Part shown: piece by piece, positions 1 to 6,875 of the stretch
Numbering within the stretch: position 1 is the first letter of the stretch
How the letters are laid out: every line of letters starts with the position of its first letter
Assembly (NCBI GenBank): GCA_964493715.1
Contig: CAZBPC010000021.1
Span: 1-12,400 of the forward strand
Reading direction: 5' to 3'
Source of the DNA: an uncultured archaeon
GTDB taxonomy: Archaea > Asgardarchaeota > Lokiarchaeia > Sigyniarchaeales > SOKP01
Length of the DNA stretch: 12,400 nucleotides
Made by a program: the position numbers and the translations under genes
Notes under the pieces: generated by a model
The model's input: the letters and a program-made list of their open reading frames with translations, nothing else
Told to the model about the DNA's origin: nothing
Databases searched by the model: none

Positions 1-296
1 TATTCTCTAAAGAAAGAATAAATAAAAGTTGTAATAATGAGCGATATAAGTCCGAAGATTATAGATAATTTCCATAATGTTATATTTATTTCTTCAGAAA
101 AGTGAAATACAGTTGAAAGAATGAAGAATGTAGAATAAATTAAATTTCCACTGAATATCGTAGCAGAATTCAGTAACGCTATCAAATCAGTTCCAAATTT
201 CTTCCGATTTTTAATTATTTGGAATACTGTATACCAAGTAAAACCAGTTATTATGATATAACCTGCTATCAACGAGATTGAAGTTATATTATCCAT
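1..296 (-). CDS. Multi-pass membrane protein, 3'-partial (runs off window); paralog of 451..1545
   Basis: Manual translation from ATG at 296 is open to the window edge: MDNITSISLIAGYIIITGFTWYTVFQIIKNRKKFGTDLIALLNSATIFSGNLIYSTFFILSTVFHFSEEINITLWKLSIIFGLISLIITTFIYSFFRE. It has three hydrophobic segments. YSTFFILSTVFHFSEEINITLWKLSIIF aligns with YYNFFIIATFNLFPKETALVFWYLSIFF of the neighbouring ORF. Confidence 0.85.
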   Translation of the reverse strand, partial: MDNITSISLIAGYIIITGFTWYTVFQIIKNRKKFGTDLIALLNSATIFSGNLIYSTFFILSTVFHFSEEINITLWKLSIIFGLISLIITTFIYSFFRE

Positions 297-329
297 AATC
301 TTACGATAAATTATACTCTGTTTTGATAA

Positions 330-360
330 TTATTCGAATTTCAAAATTTATTCGAATTTC
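330..360. repeat. Direct repeat TTATTCGAATTTC x2 (330-342, 348-360), each with palindromic core ATTCGAAT; possible operator
   Basis: Two exact 13-bp copies with an 18-bp period, 34-64 nt upstream of the ATG at 296 (minus strand). Confidence 0.55.
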
Positions 361-450
361 CTCTCTAAATATAGAAGAATGATTAGTTTATAAGAATTTG
401 TTTAATATTTATTATCAATGAAATAGACACTGGTGTTATTCAAAAGAAAT

Positions 451-1545
451 TTATATTAGAAAAGCTTTAAAATATTCTTGTATTAATTCCGATGTGTTCC
501 TAAAATTAGAAACATCAATTAAACCTTGAAGATTCATAAATTTATCTAAGTATCTCTTAGCGAAATTCAAATTAAATTCATTCACAGCCTTTTCTAGAAT
601 TGAATTTTTATGCTTAGCAATTAATAAAGTAGCGTACCCTAGCTCATTATTAAAATTGAAGATTATTCCACGATCACTCATTTTAATTATACTTACCTGA
701 TTTTCCAAGTTTGAAAAATTCGAGAGAATATGATTAATTCCAATTAAAATACTGCCTTTTAATGATGATTCCTCCACTTCTTGTCTCGTTTCAAAATTAT
801 AAGAATAAAGTAAAATTCCCGATTTATGAAAGATAATAAAATCATAGAGTTTGTTAGTAAAAACCTTAAATAGGGATGGTTTTTTTACCAGAATATAAAC
901 TAAGAATGAGACATTGAATATGTAAAAGGAGAGAAGTACATGTTTAATCCAAACATTTTGAGTTATCAAAAATACTGAATATAATATTATATTAACAAAA
1001 TATAGAATAGTAAAAATGTAATATAATTGCCCTAGTTTTTTATCATGATAATTTGAATAACCTTTAATTTGAGATATCAACAAAACGAGCCCAATACTGA
1101 AATTGAAGGACACTACAAACACTAACAATAGAGGATTTATGAAGGAATAATTGATATTTTGACCTATTAATGATGAGTTAAATGAGGGAGAATCATAAAG
1201 CAAACCCAAAATGATGCCACTAATAAAAATGAACATTAAAATAACTACTATCTTGATCTTACTATTTTTATGTAATTCGAGGATATGAAACGAAGTCCAA
1301 GATGTTATCGAGACAATTTGGAAAAATATCGATAAGTACCAGAACACTAAAGCGGTTTCTTTAGGAAATAAATTGAATGTGGCTATAATGAAAAAATTAT
1401 AATAACTAGTTTGTAAAAAGTACCAAAGCATGATTGTAAATAGTAAACTAAATTCAGGTTTGTATTTCCTCCTCTCTAAGATTGTTACAATAATACCTAA
1501 TAAAAATAAAACTAAGTAAATCGCAATATATATGAATGCAATCAT
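451..1545 (-). CDS. 7-transmembrane protein with C-terminal longin/roadblock-like domain
   Basis: About seven hydrophobic helices in aa 1-220. The soluble C-terminus (LYDFIIFHKSGILLYSYNF...SLKGSILIGINHILSNF...GIIFNFNNELGYATLLIA...LEKAVNEFNLNFAKRY) follows the longin-type beta-beta-alpha-beta-beta-beta-alpha-alpha pattern seen in Asgard archaea. Confidence 0.8.
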   Translation of the reverse strand: MIAFIYIAIYLVLFLLGIIVTILERRKYKPEFSLLFTIMLWYFLQTSYYNFFIIATFNLFPKETALVFWYLSIFFQIVSITSWTSFHILELHKNSKIKIVVILMFIFISGIILGLLYDSPSFNSSLIGQNINYSFINPLLLVFVVSFNFSIGLVLLISQIKGYSNYHDKKLGQLYYIFTILYFVNIILYSVFLITQNVWIKHVLLSFYIFNVSFLVYILVKKPSLFKVFTNKLYDFIIFHKSGILLYSYNFETRQEVEESSLKGSILIGINHILSNFSNLENQVSIIKMSDRGIIFNFNNELGYATLLIAKHKNSILEKAVNEFNLNFAKRYLDKFMNLQGLIDVSNFRNTSELIQEYFKAFLI

Positions 1546-1665
1546 TTTATTGATCTATTTTAGAGATTTTAAATTGAATATTCTTTTACAATTAAAATAT
1601 TAGACAACTTCATTTAAATATTGGTTTGGAAAAAATTAGATCTTTGAAATTATAAAGTAATTTAA

Positions 1666-2172
1666 TTAACTTGCTTTTCGTTTTATATTATCTTGTAACC
1701 ATCCAATGCTTTGAACTTTTCGACAATCAAATTCAGGGACATATGGCTTAATGTCTAAGATATATGTTCTATCTAAAATATCAACATTAATAACCTGAAT
1801 CTTGTTATCATCCAGGGATAAAATTCGTAAAATTGAAACACCAATTGGATTCGGACGAAAAGGAGTTCTAGTAGCAAAAATTCCCTTTCTTTCATCAACT
1901 AAAAATGGTTTAGATTGAAGAGGTACAGGTAATTTTACTAAATCAAAAAAATAAAGACAATAAATATGCGAAAATCCTCCTATTTCGTATAAACCATCTA
2001 CATACTCCGGAAAAATTTCAATAGTTCCCTCTGTTTCTGACATACTTGATTGAATTGGTATTCCTTTTAATGTTTTAAAAGGAGTATGTATCAACCCAAT
2101 AGGCTTGAAACAGACTTCATAAATAGGTTTTCGATCCTTTAGATTTATAATTTCTTTTTTAGTAATCTCCAT
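1666..2172 (-). CDS. trmO: tRNA (N6-threonylcarbamoyladenosine(37)-N6)-methyltransferase TrmO/TsaA family, single-domain form
   Basis: Family motifs KPIGLIHTPF, GIFATRTPFRPNPIGVS and LDIKPY. Confidence 0.93.
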   Translation of the reverse strand: MEITKKEIINLKDRKPIYEVCFKPIGLIHTPFKTLKGIPIQSSMSETEGTIEIFPEYVDGLYEIGGFSHIYCLYFFDLVKLPVPLQSKPFLVDERKGIFATRTPFRPNPIGVSILRILSLDDNKIQVINVDILDRTYILDIKPYVPEFDCRKVQSIGWLQDNIKRKAS

Positions 2173-2219
2173 TTGTAAAACACTTAATAAGATTAATTAT
2201 AAAGCATCTTCATGGTTAA

Positions 2220-2231
2220 TAATTTATAAAT
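2220..2231. promoter_or_regulatory. Putative archaeal TATA box (TTTATAAA) in the divergent trmO / methyltransferase spacer
   Basis: Palindromic TTTATAAA at 2223-2230, about 30 nt upstream of ATG 2262. Confidence 0.35.
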
Positions 2232-2261
2232 AGTTCAATATTTGGATTTTATTAGTTTAGA

Positions 2262-4121
2262 ATGTTTACGTTTAATTTTTTTATTGCAGAAAATAGAATG
2301 TTAACAGAATTAAAAGAATTATATGGAGCTAAATCTCTTGATGAAAAACAAGAGGATTTCCTCACAGAAGTCTTTAGAAAAATAATGAATACAGAATTTA
2401 AGAATGATACTTCAGGTGGACTTGATTTAATTGGATCTATTTATGAAAAGACGGTGGATTTCGAATATCGAAAAGTTTTGGGGGAGTTTTATACACCTAA
2501 AATTATTGTCAATCACATTTTAGAAAGTATTGGGTACACTTCATTAGAAAAAATACGATATAAAAAAATGATTGACATTAGCTGCGGAGCAGGAAGCTTT
2601 TTGATTGAATCTGCTAATTTTTTGAAGTCTTCACTATTGTCTAGTCAAGATAAAAAAATGTCTATAGAGCTAGCTAAAGAAATTATAAATGAGATCAGAA
2701 TGCATATTTATGGGATAGATTTAAATCCAATTGCTTGCATCCTCTGTCAATTGAATTTATTTCTTTCTGTATTTGATTTAATTAAAGTAATCTATCAAAA
2801 AGAACCAATGTATCAATTTAAATATTTCAATATTAAAAATATTAATACTTTATATCTCTCTAAGGAAGAAAAATATGATTTTGTAGTTGGAAATCCTCCA
2901 TATTTATTCATTAGAGAGATAAGTCATCAACATAGAAAACTGATCGAACAAAGTAATTTAGAGACGAATATCGGGCAATATGATTACTATCAAATTTTTA
3001 TTGAAATCGGTCTTAAAGTGTTAAAAACACATGGGTTATTAGGTTATATTATTCCTGATTCAATATTAGCACTTTCTAATCGCAAAATCATACGAAAATA
3101 TGTATATGAACATTCCTTGATTAAAGAGATAGGCGTGATTGGTTCCCAATTTAAAGATCCCGTTGTTTCTAATGTCATTTTAATCCTTGAAAAAGAGGAT
3201 AATGAAAACAAAAGAACGCATAATATCATTCAAATTATTGAGGGAAACGAGTTTAATCAGATTAAAAAAGAAATGAATCAAAGGTTGATTAAAAAATTTG
3301 ATTATAACTTTTTAGTAAATCTCTCTTCGGTTGACGTAAAGATTTTAGAATATTTAAACGAAAAATTCCCGAAACTTGCAGACTTACTAGCTGATGATCG
3401 TTTTGAGATAATTTTAAGTAGAGGAGTTGAACTTGGAAAAGATGGAAAAATAGTTTATTGTCACATTTGTCAGAAATATTTACCATTTCCTAAAAATGAA
3501 TTAATCTGCCCAGATTGTAAAAATTTCATTAAAAGTGAGACTATGGAATCAATTATTCATAAAGAATTACCCCTTAAAAAAGAATGGGAATATTCGCGAT
3601 TTCTTTATAGTATAAGTCGATACCAAATTAATGAAATAAAATATATTCAACTTAACAAGAACGGAATTAATTATAAGAATAAAAATATTTATAGTGATAG
3701 GATTATCATCCGACAATTAAACCAGAATAATTTAATATGTGCTACCTATGATTCTAATTCATATACATCACAATCATATTATAATTTGAAAATTGTAAAC
3801 TCGGATTTGAAGGAGTTCAATCACTATTATTTACTTGGTCTAATAAATTCACGTTTGCTCTCCTATTATTATAACAAGTCTTTTGGAGCTTACAAGAAAC
3901 TTTTTCCACGAATTCTAATTGAAAAAATAAGGAGCTTACCAATTAAAATCCCTCAAACAGACCAAGAAGTAAAAATTTCTATAGAAATAGTTAATAAAGT
4001 TAAAAAAGTACTCACTACACAAGATTTTAGGGATGATTTAGAAAAACAAATTGATTCACTTGTATTTGAGCTATATGAAATTTCTGATCTGAATAGGATT
4101 TATATTTCCCAGTGTTATTGA
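2262..4121 (+). CDS. N6-adenine DNA methyltransferase, gamma class (TaqI/Eco57I-like) with C-terminal target recognition domain; start may be ATG 2298
   Basis: GEFYTP, motif I DISCGAGSF, IYGIDLN, motif IV VVGNPPY, GLLGYIIP, and a TaqI_C-like C-terminus (RIIIRQ...YLLGLINSRLLSYYY...LPIK...IDSLVFELYEI). Confidence 0.93.
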   Translation: MFTFNFFIAENRMLTELKELYGAKSLDEKQEDFLTEVFRKIMNTEFKNDTSGGLDLIGSIYEKTVDFEYRKVLGEFYTPKIIVNHILESIGYTSLEKIRYKKMIDISCGAGSFLIESANFLKSSLLSSQDKKMSIELAKEIINEIRMHIYGIDLNPIACILCQLNLFLSVFDLIKVIYQKEPMYQFKYFNIKNINTLYLSKEEKYDFVVGNPPYLFIREISHQHRKLIEQSNLETNIGQYDYYQIFIEIGLKVLKTHGLLGYIIPDSILALSNRKIIRKYVYEHSLIKEIGVIGSQFKDPVVSNVILILEKEDNENKRTHNIIQIIEGNEFNQIKKEMNQRLIKKFDYNFLVNLSSVDVKILEYLNEKFPKLADLLADDRFEIILSRGVELGKDGKIVYCHICQKYLPFPKNELICPDCKNFIKSETMESIIHKELPLKKEWEYSRFLYSISRYQINEIKYIQLNKNGINYKNKNIYSDRIIIRQLNQNNLICATYDSNSYTSQSYYNLKIVNSDLKEFNHYYLLGLINSRLLSYYYNKSFGAYKKLFPRILIEKIRSLPIKIPQTDQEVKISIEIVNKVKKVLTTQDFRDDLEKQIDSLVFELYEISDLNRIYISQCY

Positions 4122-4128
4122 AAATTAT

Positions 4129-4290
4129 TTAAATCTCTGCTAATTTCTTATTTATGTAAGTTCTTAGTATTTTATCCCATTTTTCTGCTAGATCAGAAAG
4201 CCCTGTTCTCCTAAATAATGACACGGCCCTTGTAAGAATTTCTTCAATTTTATTATCTTCTATAGTTGGTAGTTTTAATTCTTCTATCAT
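4129..4290 (-). CDS. 53-aa helical microprotein (paralog of 4385..4549)
   Basis: Manual translation, ATG 4290 to TAA 4129: MIEELKLPTIEDNKIEEILTRAVSLFRRTGLSDLAEKWDKILRTYINKKLAEI. It shares 17/37 identities with the adjacent small ORF. Confidence 0.8.
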   Translation of the reverse strand: MIEELKLPTIEDNKIEEILTRAVSLFRRTGLSDLAEKWDKILRTYINKKLAEI

Positions 4291-4384
4291 AAAAGAATCG
4301 TGTATTCAACTTAATTTAAAGAAGAATGTTATGAAGATGTGATTATTAAGACATCTGAATGGTATTTCATGTATTATTTAGATA

Positions 4385-4549
4385 TTAAGATCCGACTTTA
4401 TCTGATTCTATTTTGGATTTATGATAATTTTTTAAAACTTTTTCACTCTTTTCTAATAATTCATCCAAACCAACTTGCTTGAAGAGAGAGGTCATTCTAG
4501 TGAGGATATTCGCAATGTTTTCTTCTTGTTTTTTATCATTTATTTCCAT
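4385..4549 (-). CDS. 54-aa helical microprotein (paralog of 4129..4290)
   Basis: Manual translation, ATG 4549 to TAA 4385: MEINDKKQEENIANILTRMTSLFKQVGLDELLEKSEKVLKNYHKSKIESDKVGS. Shared pattern IxxILTRxxSLFxxxGLxxLxEKxxKxLxxY. Confidence 0.8.
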   Translation of the reverse strand: MEINDKKQEENIANILTRMTSLFKQVGLDELLEKSEKVLKNYHKSKIESDKVGS

Positions 4550-4704
4550 CTTACTTTAGACATCGATTTTATTGATAAAAACGGGTATGTTATGGGGATA
4601 ATGAGTGGTTTCAAATAAGCCGATCCTAACATTTTTCTAATAGTATTTTTTATATTATTTTAAGTATATTTTGATTTAAACCATAGAAAATAAGAGGGTT
4701 TTAA

Positions 4705-5682
4705 GTGGAAAATCTCCCGAATATCGATCTTTTAAAAAAAATACTTGAGAATTACATGTTCAACGTTGATGGAGCAGCCGCGGTTGCTATATGTGATCGA
4801 GATGGATTTATTATCGCATCTGAAAGTAAAATGAAGGATGAACAAAATACAGATTTGGTAATAGGAGCCATATCTGCTTTTTTAGATATCTACATCGATA
4901 GAATTAAATCCGAATACCAAACACAAAATAACTTTTTCAACATTACATCCATGGCAGATAGGAAGTTTGCCTATTGTAGCATGGGTCCGCATTCCATTTT
5001 AACTACAATAGCAGATCCAAATACACCAGACATTGAACTGAGAGTGTTTTCAGAGCATATTGCAGGAAAAATAGAGTTGCTGTTAGAAGGGTATGATGAT
5101 ATCTCTATAGAGATTCCTGAGATTATTAAGGTGTTATCAAAAACTCGATGGGGAAAATTACCAAAAGGAACTTTCACTTCAAAATTAATATTAACAGGAG
5201 ATTATCAAGTAGGAAAAACTTCACTTATAAAACGATTTGTTGAAAATAATTTTGTAGATGATTATATATCAACAATCGGTGTAGAGATTTCAAAAAAAAC
5301 CATTGTTTTGGGTGAAGAAACAACATTAAATTTTGTAATTTGGGATATTGGGGGTCAAAATCTCGCAATGACACCGTACAGAAAGCGATTTTATGAAGGG
5401 GCTAGTGGTGCGTTTATTGTCGTTGATCGAACCAGACCAAATAATTTCGTGAGCATAGATAATTGGTATGATGACATTAAAAAGTCTGTCCCCTCTAATA
5501 TCCCTTTAGTAATAGTAGGAAACAAGTCAGATTTAAAAGATGAACTTATATCATCTGAAGAAGATATTAAAGACATCTCAAAACAACATGGATTCCATTA
5601 TATTCTTACGAGTGCAAAAAGTGGAGAGAATGTCAACGAAGCCTTCCTATATATAGCTTACCGATTTATTGAGAAGGTTTAG
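4705..5682 (+). CDS. N-terminal Roadblock/LC7 (MglB-like) domain fused to a Rab-like small GTPase
   Basis: GTG start with GAGGG SD at 4694-4698. Roadblock pattern NVDGAAAVAICDRDGFIIAS...IGAISA. G-boxes: G1 GDYQVGKT, G2 YISTIG, G3 WDIGGQ, G4 NKSD, G5 TSAK. No C-terminal prenylation Cys. Confidence 0.93.
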   Translation: MENLPNIDLLKKILENYMFNVDGAAAVAICDRDGFIIASESKMKDEQNTDLVIGAISAFLDIYIDRIKSEYQTQNNFFNITSMADRKFAYCSMGPHSILTTIADPNTPDIELRVFSEHIAGKIELLLEGYDDISIEIPEIIKVLSKTRWGKLPKGTFTSKLILTGDYQVGKTSLIKRFVENNFVDDYISTIGVEISKKTIVLGEETTLNFVIWDIGGQNLAMTPYRKRFYEGASGAFIVVDRTRPNNFVSIDNWYDDIKKSVPSNIPLVIVGNKSDLKDELISSEEDIKDISKQHGFHYILTSAKSGENVNEAFLYIAYRFIEKV

Positions 5683-5683
5683 A

Positions 5684-5697
5684 CTTTTTTATTTTTT
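5684..5697 (+). terminator. Oligo-T tract, putative archaeal terminator
   Basis: CTTTTTTATTTTTT immediately after the TAG of the GTPase gene. Confidence 0.45.
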
Positions 5698-5781
5698 ACA
5701 ATAAACCAAATGTTTTTTTAGGTTTTTATTAATTTTATAATCAAATATTATCATTTTATATTAATTTATTAAATACAATTT

Positions 5782-5789
5782 AAGGAGGT
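5782..5789 (+). promoter_or_regulatory. Perfect Shine-Dalgarno AAGGAGGT, 9 nt before an in-frame ATA (5799)
   Basis: AAGGAGGT at 5782-5789 lies about 70 nt from the first in-frame TTG/ATG (5856/5859), but at canonical spacing from ATA 5799 in the same frame. Confidence 0.6.
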
Positions 5790-5798
5790 TTTTTAAAA

Positions 5799-5858
5799 AT
5801 AGTATTAAAAGTTAGTTTCAACGAAATTTTAGCGACTTGAAATACTGCGGGATACTTG
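5799..5858 (+). other. Putative 5' coding extension containing an in-frame TGA (5838-5840): (M)VLKVSFNEILAT-*-NTAGYL
   Basis: The frame is continuous with 5859..6728, the only stop is a TGA at codon 14, and a strong SD precedes it. Confidence 0.5.
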
Positions 5859-6728
5859 ATGGGCTTCTCAATAAAAGAAATAACATACATGAACAAGTAT
5901 ATACTCTATTTAACAGAACAAGAAATGGCAGGACCTTGGTTTAGTTTCAAATTAATTGGCAAAAATATTGGAACGCTTCCAGTGATTCTAAAGAACATCG
6001 AGCCTACACCCATATACAAGATGGTTAACACTCGAATTGGCACTTTTATTAACAGGATTACACTTGATTTTGATATTAAGGAATATTTGAAAAAACTAAT
6101 GAAGGAAGACAAAATAACCAGACAAGAATTTAAGAAAGAACATTCTTTGATAAGACTTTATATCGATATATTTAATAAACCAAAAATTCCTTACATTAAC
6201 ACTTTCTTCACGCTGAAAAATATATCTGACTATAATTTAACAGAATTTTCGATGTATTTTGTGTTTGACTTTGATATCAATGGATTAGATGGTTTCGATA
6301 ATGATGATTCAGACTATGATGAAAAAAACGACATATTATATCAATATGATAAAACTGGGCTTCATGCTGGATTTTCTCCGATCTCAAAATCAACGAATTA
6401 TGAGACTTGTCTAACTAAAGATTTTCATATAAATAATGATAAATTAGATCTTTCAAATACACTTTATGGAGAACCGGGAGAAATTTTATCCGCTTTGCAA
6501 ATCAAATTTAAAACTTTGGAACCAGATCAATCCTTCCAAACAGCTTTAGTCATTTCAGGTGGACTTAGCAAAGAAGAATTAATTGAAAATATAATTATCG
6601 GTAAAAATAACGCAATGAAATATTTATCACAAGTGAATAGGTCAGTTAAGTCAGAACAAAGAAACAAGCAAGAAGAAGCTTTCAACAAGATAAATTCGTT
6701 TGAATCGATTGATTGTAACAAAGAGTAA
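5859..6728 (+). CDS. Uncharacterised beta-rich protein, loosely resembling the N-terminal super-sandwich domains of GH15-type proteins; true start possibly 5799 via UGA recoding
   Basis: Long ORF (289 aa from ATG 5859). The pattern FTLKNIS...SMYFVFDFDING...DYDEKNDILYQYD...SALQIKFKTLEPDQSFQTALVISGGLSKEEL suggests a mutarotase-like sandwich. The fold call is inference; no catalytic (alpha/alpha)6 barrel follows. Confidence 0.8.
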   Translation: MGFSIKEITYMNKYILYLTEQEMAGPWFSFKLIGKNIGTLPVILKNIEPTPIYKMVNTRIGTFINRITLDFDIKEYLKKLMKEDKITRQEFKKEHSLIRLYIDIFNKPKIPYINTFFTLKNISDYNLTEFSMYFVFDFDINGLDGFDNDDSDYDEKNDILYQYDKTGLHAGFSPISKSTNYETCLTKDFHINNDKLDLSNTLYGEPGEILSALQIKFKTLEPDQSFQTALVISGGLSKEELIENIIIGKNNAMKYLSQVNRSVKSEQRNKQEEAFNKINSFESIDCNKE

Positions 6729-6769
6729 ATCTAATTTGATGATTCAAATAAAAAAACCATTTGGGGAAG

Positions 6770-6823
6770 TTATTTGATGAGATACTCTGCGAGAGTATAG
6801 ATTTATTGCATTGGGTCAAATAA
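6770..6823 (+). promoter_or_regulatory. Structured 3'-UTR stem-loop with AUGA...GA core (SECIS/K-turn-like candidate)
   Basis: Outer helix TTATTTGA (6770-6777) / TCAAATAA (6816-6823). ATGA at 6777-6780. Perfect inner helix ATACTCT (6782-6788) / AGAGTAT (6792-6798). GA at 6800-6801 sits in register opposite the 5' GA. Confidence 0.4.
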
Positions 6824-6875
6824 AATTAATATGTAATTTAATTACTATCTTTAAAAATAGGAATAAGTAGCAAAT

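Noticed and set aside
3044-3486. ORF-track minus-strand ORFs 3044..3229 and 3289..3486
   Set aside because: Antisense shadows inside the well-supported methyltransferase gene, with no motifs.
4540-4632. 30-codon minus-strand uORF (MLGSAYLKPLIIP...) overlapping the microprotein start
   Set aside because: Short, with no supporting similarity; expected by chance.
5838-5840. Genome-wide UGA=Trp/Gly reassignment
   Set aside because: TGA ends the methyltransferase and aSelBL genes at their natural C-termini, and Trp is encoded by TGG in the regions I translated.
4971-6721. Short minus-strand ORFs 4971..5177, 5391..5576, 5906..6112 and 6527..6721
   Set aside because: Antisense shadows of real + strand genes.
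6774-6803. Hammerhead ribozyme or C/D box sRNA reading of TGATGA plus stem-loop
   Set aside because: It lacks the initial C of CUGANGA and the GAAA after stem II, and no CUGA box D follows.
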